Shown here piece after piece: positions 19,949 through 29,973 of a stretch of DNA of 35,838 nt. Position 1 is the stretch's first letter. The number at the start of each line of letters is the position of its first letter. The stretch covers positions 1 through 35,838 of the forward strand of contig JAFEEV010000222.1 of assembly GCA_018240935.1 (NCBI GenBank). The letters are read 5' to 3'. A program made the position numbers and the translations under genes. The notes beneath the pieces are model-generated. The model saw nothing but the letters and a program-made list of their open reading frames with translations, was not told where the DNA came from and searched no databases. The stretch is from Pseudomonadota bacterium. GTDB taxonomy: Bacteria > Pseudomonadota > Gammaproteobacteria > Burkholderiales > Nitrosomonadaceae.

Positions 19949-21412
19949 ATGTCACAAAGCTCAACACAAATAAATAAGTATCTTAAGAGTTTACAGAAAC
20001 ACTTAGCTGATGAGCATCCAGATAACCCGACACTTGCCAACGCAGTGAAAAGTTTTAGAAAAATGGACTATGTTGGCCACAGCATGGGACTACTCAATAA
20101 AGATGAATCTTACGCAACTTGTGTTACTTGGTGGCCCATGATTGCCGTATTAGGGACTTTTTCTGCCGGAAAATCGACCTACATCAATTCTTATCTGGAC
20201 ATGAAGCTGCAGCGCACCGGCAACCAAGCCGTCGATGACAAATTCACGGTCATTTGCTATAGCCGCCACAATGAAGCAAAGACACTACCCGGTATCGCAC
20301 TTGACGCCGACCCCCGTTTTCCGTTTTTCCAGATCAGCCGCAGCATTGAAGAAATCTCCGAAGCCGGGCAAGAACGCATCGATGCTTATTTGCAGCTGAA
20401 AACCTGTCCGTCCGAAAACATCCGCGGAAAAATCCTGATCGATTCCCCCGGCTTTGACGCCGACAATCAGCGTGCATCGACGCTGCGTTTGACCCAGCAT
20501 ATTATTAACTTATCCGATCTTGTGCTGGTATTCTTTGACGCGCGCCACCCCGAGCCGAAAGCCATGCAGGATACGCTGGCCTATTTGGTATCGGCCAGCG
20601 TGAATCGCGCCGATGCGAACAAATTCCTGTACATTCTGAACCAGATCGATGTCACGGCACAGGAGGATAATCCGGAAGAAGTCGTTTCGGCTTGGCAACG
20701 CTCTCTGGCTGAAGTCGGTTTAGTCACGGGACGGTTCTACCGCATCTATAATCCAGCTGCTGCCGTACCGATCGCCAATCCGCATATCAGAGAACGCTTC
20801 GAGAAAAAACGTGAAGAAGATATGGCCGATATCAATGCAAGAATGCATCAGATCGAAGTCGAACGCTCTTACCGCATTGTCGGAAAACTGGAACAAACCG
20901 CCAAAGGCATTAAGAATCAGGTCGTCAACAAGCTTTCCGACATGCTGAAAAAATGGAAAAGCAAGGTGCTTTTATTTGACGGTCTGGCTTTTGGCACACT
21001 GGCGCTTTTGGCGGGAATCGCTCTCACCATGAATGAATCCTGGGGCCTTTTGAAAACATTCCAGGAAGAGCTCATGCGCGGCGAAACGCCGGCAATCGCC
21101 ATCGCCGCTTTTCTGTTGATCAGCATCATTTTCATCCATTTCTCGATCCGCCGTGCGGTTGCCAATAAGCTATTGAAGAATCTGGCGAATGAAATCGGCA
21201 ATGATCATGAAACCTACAAGCAATATATGCAGGCATTTAATAAAAGCACCGCCGCGTACCGTCCGATGTTTCTGAGCGGACCTGCCGGCTGGAATGACGT
21301 TGCGCAACAAACGATCGATGAAATCATCAACGAAGCCAACGATTATATTCAAGCATTGAACGATCAGTTCACGAATCCGTCGGGGAATGGAGGCGAGAAC
21401 TCACAAGTTTAA
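19949..21412 (+). CDS. Dynamin-superfamily (EHD-like) P-loop NTPase with two C-terminal TM helices
   Basis: G1 GTFSAGKS, G3 DSPG, G4-like NQID; helical region; hydrophobic segments LLFDGLAFGTLALLAGIAL and AIAIAAFLLISIIFIHFSI. Confidence 0.85.
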   Translation: MSQSSTQINKYLKSLQKHLADEHPDNPTLANAVKSFRKMDYVGHSMGLLNKDESYATCVTWWPMIAVLGTFSAGKSTYINSYLDMKLQRTGNQAVDDKFTVICYSRHNEAKTLPGIALDADPRFPFFQISRSIEEISEAGQERIDAYLQLKTCPSENIRGKILIDSPGFDADNQRASTLRLTQHIINLSDLVLVFFDARHPEPKAMQDTLAYLVSASVNRADANKFLYILNQIDVTAQEDNPEEVVSAWQRSLAEVGLVTGRFYRIYNPAAAVPIANPHIRERFEKKREEDMADINARMHQIEVERSYRIVGKLEQTAKGIKNQVVNKLSDMLKKWKSKVLLFDGLAFGTLALLAGIALTMNESWGLLKTFQEELMRGETPAIAIAAFLLISIIFIHFSIRRAVANKLLKNLANEIGNDHETYKQYMQAFNKSTAAYRPMFLSGPAGWNDVAQQTIDEIINEANDYIQALNDQFTNPSGNGGENSQV

Positions 21413-21657
21413 AATCTTGAGTATTGCAGAAAAATCATCATTGGCTGATGGCGAGTGTTTCCACTCTCGCATAATCATCTGATTCACCTGTACTGCGCAT
21501 GAGATAGCAAACTGAATTGATAAAAAATCGATAACCCTATCAATTATTTTGTTATCTCTTGCGCCAGCCGGGCGTTGCATATGCGTTACCGTCATTTGCA
21601 TAATTTTTTCTTACCCGCCCCTCTAATTCACGCCGGATGTCATGTCTTGATCTGATT

Positions 21658-21686
21658 TGGACAAGAACAAGATTAAAGAGTAAAAT
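21658..21686 (+). promoter_or_regulatory. Probable sigma-70 promoter of rpsO
   Basis: TGGACA-17nt-TAAAAT, about 50 nt upstream of the ATG. Confidence 0.55.
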
Positions 21687-21735
21687 TCCCGCTCTTTTAA
21701 TAATGGCAGTAATTTAATCACCGGAGAATCAATTT

Positions 21736-22005
21736 ATGTCAGTTACAATCGACCAAAAAGCACAGATAGTGCGTGACTATCAAAGAGCCGAAGGGGATAC
21801 TGGCTCTCCAGAAGTACAGATTGCACTTTTAACAACCAGAATCAATGACTTGATCGGACATTTCAAGACACATGTCAAGGATCATCATTCCCGCCGCGGT
21901 CTGTTACGTATGGTCGGCCGCCGCCGCAAGCTGCTTGACTATCTCAAAGACCGTAACGCAGACTCTTATCAGACACTGATTGAACGTCTCGGTTTACGCA
22001 AATAA
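21736..22005 (+). CDS. rpsO: 30S ribosomal protein S15
   Basis: [29 protein letters not shown]; GGAG RBS. Confidence 0.99.
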   Translation: MSVTIDQKAQIVRDYQRAEGDTGSPEVQIALLTTRINDLIGHFKTHVKDHHSRRGLLRMVGRRRKLLDYLKDRNADSYQTLIERLGLRK

Positions 22006-22029
22006 ATGTACTTTTCAATACCGGTTCGT

Positions 22030-22075
22030 ATTGATCGCATGGATCATTGCTCACCCCAATTATCATGCGATCAAT
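22030..22075 (+). promoter_or_regulatory. Long stem-loop in the rpsO-pnp spacer (candidate RNase III site or terminator)
   Basis: 12-bp perfect stem ATTGATCGCATG/CATGCGATCAAT, extendable inward; same position as the RNase III-processed pnp leader in E. coli. Confidence 0.6.
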
Positions 22076-22140
22076 CTTCCTGTCTGCAAGCAAAATCAAA
22101 ATTCGGAAAGATTCATCAAATAGGAAAAAAGGATTGTTAA

Positions 22141-24264
22141 TTGAAACCTATTAAGAAGAGCATTGCCTATGGGCGCCACCAACTCACACTGGAAACCGGT
22201 GAAATAGCACGACAATCGCACGGCGCCGTAATGGTTACAATGGACGATACAGTAGTACTTGTTACCGTAGTCGGCGCAAAAAATATAAAACCCGGACAAG
22301 ATTTTTTCCCGCTCACCGTCGATTATCAAGAAAGATCATATGCTGCTGGCAGAATACCCGGCAGCTTTTTCAAACGGGAAGGCCGCCCTTCCGAAAAGGA
22401 AACGTTAACATCCCGGCTCATCGACCGCCCAATCCGCCCGCTCTTTCCCGAAGGCTTCTACAACGAAGTGCAAATAGTGGCCACTGTAATGTCGGCCGAC
22501 AATGAAGTCGACCCGGATATTCCTTCCATCATTGGCACCTCCGCCGCATTGATCCTTTCCGGTATTCCGTTTGATGGTCCGCTTGGCGCAGCGCGAGTCG
22601 GTTATATCAATAATGAATACGTTCTCAATCCAACCACCTCAGAACTAAAAGATACACAATTGAATCTCGTTGTGGCAGGCACGCAACAAGCCGTTCTGAT
22701 GGTTGAGTCCGAAGCCATGGAGCTTTCCGAAGAAGTCATGCTCGGCGCAGTCACGTTCGGGCACGAGCAAATGCAGGTAGTTATCAATGCAATAAACGAA
22801 TTTGCAGATGAAGCCGGTGTTACCGCCTGGGATTGGACACCACCGGAAAAAGATGTTGCATTCGAGGAAAAGATTACCGGACTGGCAGAAGCCGATTTGC
22901 GGCAAGCATATAAAATCAAACAAAAACAGGCACGCACTGAAGCAATCGAGGCAATCAGTCAGCGCATCTCTGCGGAATTGGGTGTCGATACGGAAGAAGG
23001 ACCTGATCTCCAATCATTCAAAGAAGCCTTTTTCGCATTGGAATCAAAAATTGTGCGCAACCAAATCCTGGATGGAGAACCCCGGATTGATGGCCGCGGC
23101 ACTCGCACGGTCCGCCCCATCACAATCCGTAACGGCATACTGCCGCGCACGCATGGCTCCGCACTGTTTACGCGGGGCGAAACTCAGGCGTTAGCGATTG
23201 CAACGCTGGGCACCGCGCGCGATGAACAAAAAATCGATTCGCTGCAGGGTGATTATAACGACCGGTTCATGCTGCACTACAACATGCCGCCTTACGCAAC
23301 CGGAGAAATCGGCCGCGTCGGCACACCCAAACGCCGTGAAATTGGTCACGGCCGTCTTGCGAAGCGCGCTCTTGCTGCGGTATTGCCCACACCTGAAGAA
23401 TTCGGGTATTCATTGCGCGTCGTATCAGAAATTACCGAATCCAACGGTTCCAGCTCCATGGCATCGGTTTGCGGCGGCTGTCTTGCGCTGATGGATGCCG
23501 GTGTGCCCCTGAAAGCGCATGTTGCCGGTATCGCTATGGGTTTGATTAAAGATGGCAACCGTTTTGCTGTACTGACCGATATTTTGGGCGACGAGGATCA
23601 TCTCGGCGACATGGATTTTAAAGTGGCAGGCACCGAAAAAGGTATTACCGCACTCCAAATGGATATAAAAATCCAAGGCATTACCAAAGAAATCATGCAT
23701 GCAGCCCTGATACAAGCGCACGAAGGGCGAATGCACATCCTGCAAATTATGAAACAAGCCTTGCCGTCAACCCGGGAAGATATCTCAGTTCACGCACCGC
23801 GCATCATCAAATTAAAAATCAATCCGGAGAAAATCCGCGATGTGATCGGTAAAGGCGGTGCTGTCATCCGGACACTAACGGAAGAAACCGGCACCACCAT
23901 CGACATCACCGATGATGGTCAAGTAACAATCGCATGTGTCAACGCGGAAGGCGGCGAACTGGCTAAGAAACGCATCGAAGACATTACCGCTGAAGTGGAA
24001 GTTGGAAAAATTTATGAGGGAGTGGTGCTGAAATTACTTGATTTTGGCGCAATTGTCAGCGTGCTGCCCGGAAAAGACGGTTTGTTGCATATTTCACAAA
24101 TTGCGAATGAGCGTGTCAGCAATGTCTCCGATCATTTGAACGAAGGTCAGCAAGTCCGCGTTAAAGTACTCGAAGCGGACGACAAAGGGAGATTACGCTT
24201 AAGCATGAAAGCTGCGGCAGCCGACGAAAGTAGTACAGATCCCACTACTACAGAAGAGACTTAA
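22141..24264 (+). CDS. pnp: Polyribonucleotide nucleotidyltransferase
   Basis: [36 protein letters not shown] and S1 domains; TTG start with AAGGA RBS. Confidence 0.98.
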   Translation: MKPIKKSIAYGRHQLTLETGEIARQSHGAVMVTMDDTVVLVTVVGAKNIKPGQDFFPLTVDYQERSYAAGRIPGSFFKREGRPSEKETLTSRLIDRPIRPLFPEGFYNEVQIVATVMSADNEVDPDIPSIIGTSAALILSGIPFDGPLGAARVGYINNEYVLNPTTSELKDTQLNLVVAGTQQAVLMVESEAMELSEEVMLGAVTFGHEQMQVVINAINEFADEAGVTAWDWTPPEKDVAFEEKITGLAEADLRQAYKIKQKQARTEAIEAISQRISAELGVDTEEGPDLQSFKEAFFALESKIVRNQILDGEPRIDGRGTRTVRPITIRNGILPRTHGSALFTRGETQALAIATLGTARDEQKIDSLQGDYNDRFMLHYNMPPYATGEIGRVGTPKRREIGHGRLAKRALAAVLPTPEEFGYSLRVVSEITESNGSSSMASVCGGCLALMDAGVPLKAHVAGIAMGLIKDGNRFAVLTDILGDEDHLGDMDFKVAGTEKGITALQMDIKIQGITKEIMHAALIQAHEGRMHILQIMKQALPSTREDISVHAPRIIKLKINPEKIRDVIGKGGAVIRTLTEETGTTIDITDDGQVTIACVNAEGGELAKKRIEDITAEVEVGKIYEGVVLKLLDFGAIVSVLPGKDGLLHISQIANERVSNVSDHLNEGQQVRVKVLEADDKGRLRLSMKAAAADESSTDPTTTEET

Positions 24265-24299
24265 ATCGCGGTATCGGTATTTATTTTTAACTTTAACCT

Positions 24300-24334
24300 A
24301 ACAAAAGCCCTGCCTTAAAGGCAGAGCTTTTGTT
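24300..24334. terminator. Bidirectional intrinsic terminator (pnp / dksA)
   Basis: AACAAAAGCCCTGCC-TTAAA-GGCAGAGCTTTTGTT with A and T tracts on both sides. Confidence 0.85.
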
Positions 24335-24379
24335 GTTCCAATCATACTAAACCCGATAGCTACTCATTACACCTAACAT

Positions 24380-24805
24380 CTACTTCGCTATCTGCCTCTC
24401 ACGCATTTCATCCAATGTTTTGCAATCAATGCAAAGTGTCGCTGTAGGACGCGCTTCCAGACGCTTCAATCCAATTTCCACACCGCAGCTTTCACAGTAA
24501 CCGTAATCCCCTGAATCAATCTTGCCAATGATTTCATCGATTTTCTTGATCAGTTTACGCTCCCGGTCACGATTACGCAGCTCAAGCGTCATATCGGATT
24601 CCTGACTGGCGCGATCATTTGGATCGGCAAAAACCGTCGCTTCATCTTGCATCGTATGAACAGCACGGTCAATATCCTGCCCTAATTCAACCTTCATGTC
24701 TTCCAGTATCTTACGAAAATGCACCAGTTGATCAGGACTCATGTATTCTTCGCCTGCTTTCGGTTCATAGGGAGTCACTTGTTTACTTTGCAGCTCATTT
24801 GGCAT
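24380..24805 (-). CDS. dksA: RNA polymerase-binding protein DksA
   Basis: DPNDRASQE coiled-coil tip, C4 zinc finger CESC...CIDC. Confidence 0.97.
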   Translation of the reverse strand: MPNELQSKQVTPYEPKAGEEYMSPDQLVHFRKILEDMKVELGQDIDRAVHTMQDEATVFADPNDRASQESDMTLELRNRDRERKLIKKIDEIIGKIDSGDYGYCESCGVEIGLKRLEARPTATLCIDCKTLDEMRERQIAK

Positions 24806-25048
24806 CTTTAAGGCTCCTCTTCAATTCCTGTAGCGTACAAAAATCGCATAGTATTATCAGAAAATGTATTAGATAACAAGTCATTTATGGGTTTTTTGGA
24901 CTTTTTTTCCTGCATATCATCGGGATCACATTTCAAAATTAGCAAAAAACTCAAATTTCATCTGTGACATTATCCATACGGGATGTAATTATTCTCGACT
25001 TCCAATAGCGTAAATAACACTGACTGCTCTGCCCGGTGCACGAAGAAA

Positions 25049-25077
25049 TTGACGTATCAAAACTAAGTAGGTATAGT
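25049..25077 (+). promoter_or_regulatory. Sigma-70 promoter of the tRNA cluster
   Basis: TTGACG-17nt-TATAGT followed by a GC-rich discriminator GTCGCC, 11 nt before tRNA-Pro. Confidence 0.8.
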
Positions 25078-25088
25078 GTCGCCTTTTC

Positions 25089-25165
25089 CGGGGTGTAGCG
25101 TAGCCTGGTAGCGCGCCTGGTTTGGGACCAGGATGTCGGGAGTTCAAATCTCTCCACCCCGACCA
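25089..25165 (+). tRNA. tRNA-Pro(TGG)
   Basis: Acceptor stem CGGGGTG/CACCCCG, anticodon arm CCTGG-TTTGGGA-CCAGG, T-loop GTTCAAATC, encoded CCA. Confidence 0.97.
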
Positions 25166-25201
25166 ATTTCAGCCCTAATATTTTAGAGCATGCCCGACTT
25201 G

Positions 25202-25278
25202 GTGCCCGTAGCTCAATCGGATAGAGCACCAGCCTTCTAAGCTGGGGGTTACAGGTTCGATTCCTGTCGGGCACGCCA
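25202..25278 (+). tRNA. tRNA-Arg(TCT)
   Basis: Acceptor stem GTGCCCG/CGGGCAC, anticodon arm CCAGC-CTTCTAA-GCTGG, GTTCGATTC, CCA. Confidence 0.97.
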
Positions 25279-25359
25279 CAAATATTTCCTGATAGATGGA
25301 CTGAATTGCTCAACTCAGTTTGTGTATATACTCAACAAACTGCGCCGTTTTCTTACCAT

Positions 25360-25436
25360 GGTGGCTGTAGCTCAGTTGGTAGAGTCCCGGATTGTGATTC
25401 CGGTTGTCGTGGGTTCGAGTCCCATCAGCCACCCCA
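25360..25436 (+). tRNA. tRNA-His(GTG), including encoded G-1
   Basis: G-GTGGCTG/CAGCCAC-C-CCA, anticodon arm CCGGA-TTGTGAT-TCCGG. Confidence 0.97.
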
Positions 25437-25584
25437 TGCAATACCCCTCTCTTTGCAGTTCACTTCAACGCTGAAATTTCCCTAGTGCTTAATGGAAACG
25501 TGACTTTGTCCGCCCGAAAATATATATTAGCGGCAGAACGCTTCATTTACCTGCTAATCCGCATTATTCTTAGGAACCATACCG

Positions 25585-28506
25585 ATGAGCCACAATTTAT
25601 TCGATAGCCTGCATGAACTATCCCTAGCCCCCGGAAACACTGTGAAATACTATTCACTCCCGGCGCTGGAGAAAAACGGCATTGGAAAAATTTCCCGCTT
25701 GCCAGTATCGATTCGTATCATATTGGAATCGGTATTACGGAATTATGACAACAAAAAAATCACGGAAAACCATATCCGCCAATTGGCCAATTGGAAACCC
25801 GATGCCGCCAGAGTCGATGAAATACCGTTTGTAGTTTCTCGCATTGTGTTGCAGGACTTTACCGGCGTGCCGCTGCTGGTCGATCTTGCCGCCATGCGCA
25901 GCGCGGCGGTAAAACTGGGGAAAAACCCCAAACTGATCGAACCACTGGTTCCTGTCGATCTGGTCGTCGATCATTCGATTCAGGTCGACCATTACGGCAC
26001 AAAAGACGCGATCAACCGCAATATGGAAATCGAATTTTTCCGCAATAACGAACGTTACCAGTTCATCAAATGGGGCATGCAAGCGTTTGACACGTTCAAG
26101 GTCATTCCTCCCGGAATCGGCATCGTGCATCAAGTTAATCTCGAATACCTCGCCCGGGGCGTGCATCAAAAAGACGGACTCGTTTATCCCGACACGCTGG
26201 TCGGCACTGATTCGCATACCACGATGATCAACGGCATCGGCGTTGTCGGCTGGGGCGTCGGCGGTATCGAAGCGGAAGCGGGCATGCTGGGCCAGCCGGT
26301 TTACTTCCTGACACCCGATGTCGTCGGTGTTAATTTAACCGGCCATTTGCGCGAAGGCGTTACCGCAACCGATCTGGTGCTGACGATCACGGAAATGCTG
26401 CGCAAGGCGAACGTAGTCGGCAAGTTTGTCGAATTCTTCGGTGAAGGAACCGCTTCATTGGCGCTGCCCGATCGCGCCACGATCGCGAATATGGCGCCGG
26501 AATACGGCGCAACCATGGGATTCTTCCCGATTGACGATGCGACTATCGACTATTTCAAAGGCACCGGGCGCAGCCTGGAAGAAATCGCTGCTTTGCAACG
26601 TTATTTCCAAGCGCAACAAATGTACGGCATCCCCCAAAAAGGCAACATTGACTATACCAGCGAGCTCACGCTGGATCTGGGTTCCGTATCGCCTTCGCTG
26701 GCAGGCCCGAAACGGCCGCAGGATCGCATCGAACTCGCGGCAATCAAATCGCGCTTTACCGAACTCTTCAACAAACCCGTCAAAGAAAGCGGTTACGGCA
26801 AACAAGGCGATGACATCCAGCAGCGTTACGCGCTACGCGACGTGCATACGCAACAACCCGAAGTTTGTGTCGATGCCGGCATACCCAACGGCAGCCGCAT
26901 ACCGGCGCCCGGCATTGCTGCAACAGCGGGTGAAAACGGCGGGCAACCAGCAACAAACGCTATTCCCGCGGAGCGCCGCATGGTTTCCCGCAACGTAGCG
27001 GAAATGACCAATAATCGTCCGGCCCCAAATTCACCCGATGTATGCCATGTTGATTCAAGTAACCCGGCAATCGACCTTGGTCACGGCGACGTCTTGATCG
27101 CCGCTATTACATCCTGCACCAACACGTCCAACCCCAGCGTACTGCTGGCCGCCGGGTTGCTGGCTAAAAAAGCGGTGGAAAAAGGATTGTCGGTCAAGCA
27201 TCACATCAAAACATCGCTGGCGCCAGGTTCGCGTGTAGTTACCGATTACTTGCACGTCACCGGACTGCTGCCCTATCTCGAGCAACTGGGTTTCAATCTG
27301 GTCGGTTACGGTTGCACCACGTGCATCGGCAATGCCGGGCCGTTAGCCGAGCCGATTGAAGAAGCCGTCGTTAAAAACGATCTGGTCTGCGCCGCGGTGT
27401 TATCCGGTAACCGCAACTTTGAAGCGCGTATCCATTCGAACATCCGCGCCAACTTTTTAGCATCGCCGCCGCTGGTGGTCGCGTACGCAATCGCGGGCAG
27501 CGTTCTGAAAGACCTTACCGCCGAACCGCTGGGCATCGGCAAAAACAACCAACCGGTCTGGCTGAAAGACATCTGGCCGAGCAGCGCCGAAGTTCATGCC
27601 TTGTTGAAATATGCCGCCAACGCCGATACGTTCCGGCAACTTTACAGCAATCTCACCAAGGATCATGTACTGTGGAATAGCGTCACTGCCGTCACCGGGC
27701 AGACCTACAACTGGCCGCAATCGACCTACATTGCCGAACCGCCCTTCTTTGCAGACTTCTCGTTGCAACCGGCGGCAAGCGGTGGCAATGACATCAAAAA
27801 CGCTTATGCATTGGGCGTATTCGGCGATTCGGTAACCACCGATCACATCAGCCCGGCGGGCTCGATCAAGGAAACTTCGCCCGCCGGACGTTATCTGCTC
27901 GATCATCATGTCGGCAAAGCGGATTTCAACAGCTACGGCGCACGCCGTGGACACCACGAAGTGATGATGCGCGGCACCTTCGCCAACGTGCGCATCAAGA
28001 ATCTGATGATTCCCGGCAGCGAAGGCGGCATCACCCTCTATCAAGGCACTGCCGGAGCCGCGCCGGAACAAATGAGCATTTACGATGCCGCGATGAAGTA
28101 TCAGGCGCAGGGTATTCCGACGGTTGTTTTCGGCGGCAAGGAATACGGCACCGGATCGAGCCGCGACTGGGCCGCCAAGGGCACGCAACTGCTCGGCGTC
28201 AAAGCAGTGATCGCCACCAGTTTCGAGCGCATCCACCGCAGCAATCTGATCGGCATGGGCGTTCTGCCGTTGCAATTCAAGGACGCCGACAACGCCGAAT
28301 CGCTCGGCATCAAAGGCGACGAACAATTCGATATTCTCGGACTCGGCAGCATTCAGCCGCAACAAGATGTCACATTGAACATTCGCAGAAAGGACGGCAG
28401 CAGTCAGACTGTGCCACTGCTATGCCGCATCGATACCGCTATCGAGGTGGATTACTTCAAACACGGCGGCATTTTGCCTTATGTGCTGCGCGAACTGATG
28501 TCGTAG
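25585..28506 (+). CDS. acnA: Aconitate hydratase A (long form with internal insertion)
   Basis: [55 protein letters not shown]. Confidence 0.97.
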   Translation: MSHNLFDSLHELSLAPGNTVKYYSLPALEKNGIGKISRLPVSIRIILESVLRNYDNKKITENHIRQLANWKPDAARVDEIPFVVSRIVLQDFTGVPLLVDLAAMRSAAVKLGKNPKLIEPLVPVDLVVDHSIQVDHYGTKDAINRNMEIEFFRNNERYQFIKWGMQAFDTFKVIPPGIGIVHQVNLEYLARGVHQKDGLVYPDTLVGTDSHTTMINGIGVVGWGVGGIEAEAGMLGQPVYFLTPDVVGVNLTGHLREGVTATDLVLTITEMLRKANVVGKFVEFFGEGTASLALPDRATIANMAPEYGATMGFFPIDDATIDYFKGTGRSLEEIAALQRYFQAQQMYGIPQKGNIDYTSELTLDLGSVSPSLAGPKRPQDRIELAAIKSRFTELFNKPVKESGYGKQGDDIQQRYALRDVHTQQPEVCVDAGIPNGSRIPAPGIAATAGENGGQPATNAIPAERRMVSRNVAEMTNNRPAPNSPDVCHVDSSNPAIDLGHGDVLIAAITSCTNTSNPSVLLAAGLLAKKAVEKGLSVKHHIKTSLAPGSRVVTDYLHVTGLLPYLEQLGFNLVGYGCTTCIGNAGPLAEPIEEAVVKNDLVCAAVLSGNRNFEARIHSNIRANFLASPPLVVAYAIAGSVLKDLTAEPLGIGKNNQPVWLKDIWPSSAEVHALLKYAANADTFRQLYSNLTKDHVLWNSVTAVTGQTYNWPQSTYIAEPPFFADFSLQPAASGGNDIKNAYALGVFGDSVTTDHISPAGSIKETSPAGRYLLDHHVGKADFNSYGARRGHHEVMMRGTFANVRIKNLMIPGSEGGITLYQGTAGAAPEQMSIYDAAMKYQAQGIPTVVFGGKEYGTGSSRDWAAKGTQLLGVKAVIATSFERIHRSNLIGMGVLPLQFKDADNAESLGIKGDEQFDILGLGSIQPQQDVTLNIRRKDGSSQTVPLLCRIDTAIEVDYFKHGGILPYVLRELMS

Positions 28507-28634
28507 GCAATCACCTGTTATATCGGAATAAAAATAACATTTTCAAGTTGTTAATATAACCCTACAACTACCTCTGTCTATATAGCGCCGGATGTCATAT
28601 AGTACGTCTACGTTAAAAAAGCGGAGGTAGTCCG

Positions 28635-29114
28635 ATGATGTACGATCTGGTAGACAAAGTTTTTAAAACACTTCTGTCATTAAACGAAGAAGATGAAAGA
28701 AAATTTGCCGACGTGAGAAAAGACATCAATCACATCAACCATATCCTGCACGATATGGTCATTATCGACACCAAAAGCTCCGCACTGCTAACGCACGTTT
28801 CCGTCATGCTGGCGGTTGTCATCGGCATGCTGTTCACCTTAATCGGCCCGAAGGAAAGCGGAAGCATTCTGGCCTATATGCTGAAAATTGAAATGGTGGC
28901 TTACGCAGTCGTCGCCATGGTGCTTCTGCGCTGTCTCGATATCATGGGGCCGCCATTCCGCAAACTCAGAAATGAAATGCGAGAAATCGATGCGCAATAC
29001 CATCAAGAAATAATCGTCCGGAGAGCAATTTATCAATTAATGTCGCGCGTCGTTTTTATTCTGACGGTCGTGTTGGTCCTGATTACATTCTTGAAGATTT
29101 TCGGCTTTCAGTGA
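28635..29114 (+). CDS. Hypothetical 3-TM membrane protein, Pycsar-effector/DUF5706-like layout
   Basis: GGAGG RBS; DTKSSALL followed by two TM helices, a soluble loop, then a basic patch and a C-terminal TM helix. Confidence 0.75.
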   Translation: MMYDLVDKVFKTLLSLNEEDERKFADVRKDINHINHILHDMVIIDTKSSALLTHVSVMLAVVIGMLFTLIGPKESGSILAYMLKIEMVAYAVVAMVLLRCLDIMGPPFRKLRNEMREIDAQYHQEIIVRRAIYQLMSRVVFILTVVLVLITFLKIFGFQ

Positions 29115-29167
29115 GACCATTGAGTGTGAATTGATGCGATAAGCTTAAGGAACTCAGGATTCACAAA

Positions 29168-29973
29168 TCATCGCATTCCAGCATTCATTAATCCCGCGAG
29201 GATTTTGTCGATGTTCTGCTTGCCTACTTTTTCAATAATTTCCTGGGTTTTTTCTTTACTGAATCCGTGTTTTTTGGCGTTCTCAAAAATTCTCTCCCTT
29301 AGAGCATCAGGATCATAAGCCGGTAGCAATCCACGCATTTGAGCTCTGCAAACGTGGCGTCAATTATTGACCCGGAAATCCCGTATATAGCGCACGATTC
29401 GATATCAACGTTACTTGCTGTATTGCCGCTTATCGATGCCCAGCATCCGTTTTCCGTTCTAATCATGCCATCAACGCCGCCAAATAAAGCTGCGCGATAC
29501 ATATCGCCAGCCATGTTTTGTATCTGCTGATCACTTATTTGATGGCCAAGTTGATTGCTTTGTGGTTCTGTGGCGGATACGTGATCTTCCTCGATCATGC
29601 CCTCAAGCTCTTTCGAGCGCTCTGCCGTCATTTGCATTACGCAATCGGTCACAATGACCGGCTGAATTGTGCCACCGTCATATCTTCGCCCAGCGAGTTC
29701 ACATTTTTCATCACGGTACTTTATCCATGATCGCTGGGTATTCCTCAATGCGGTTTTTTGATCTCCAGGTAATCCGCTCAGTACTTTTTTATAAGCGCTA
29801 TTCAACCTGGCATCTTGAAATTCTGCTTCAGCGCTGACACACTCGCTCATGTTGAAAGATGTCCCGCCAGACTCATCCATACATTTTTTAAATGTGTCGG
29901 TTAAACCAAAATCTTCCGCAGCGACCAGATTTGGTATTGAGCAGATTGCTAAGATGATGGCGATATTTCTCAC
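29168..29973 (-). pseudogene. Exported LprI (DUF1311)-domain fusion protein with a probable 1-bp frameshift near 29345
   Basis: Signal peptide; C...MSEC...QDARLNSAY...LRNTQRSWIKYRDEKC...DC...TAERSKEL is the LprI pattern. The main frame stops at 29299, but a shifted frame runs 58 codons to TGA at 29168..29170. Confidence 0.7.

Noticed and set aside
24951-25607. ORFs 24951..25313 (-) and 25404..25607 (+)
   Set aside because: They overlap the tRNA genes and are translation artefacts.
27457-28365. Long antisense ORFs (302 aa opposite acnA; similar ones opposite era, lepA, guaA, guaB, lpdA)
   Set aside because: These are shadow frames of codon-biased conserved genes, with no motifs or convincing RBS.
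21631-28600. Identical 13-mer CGCCGGATGTCAT upstream of rpsO and of the 28635 gene
   Set aside because: Several 13-mer coincidences are expected by chance in 36 kb; the motif is not palindromic and the genes are unrelated.
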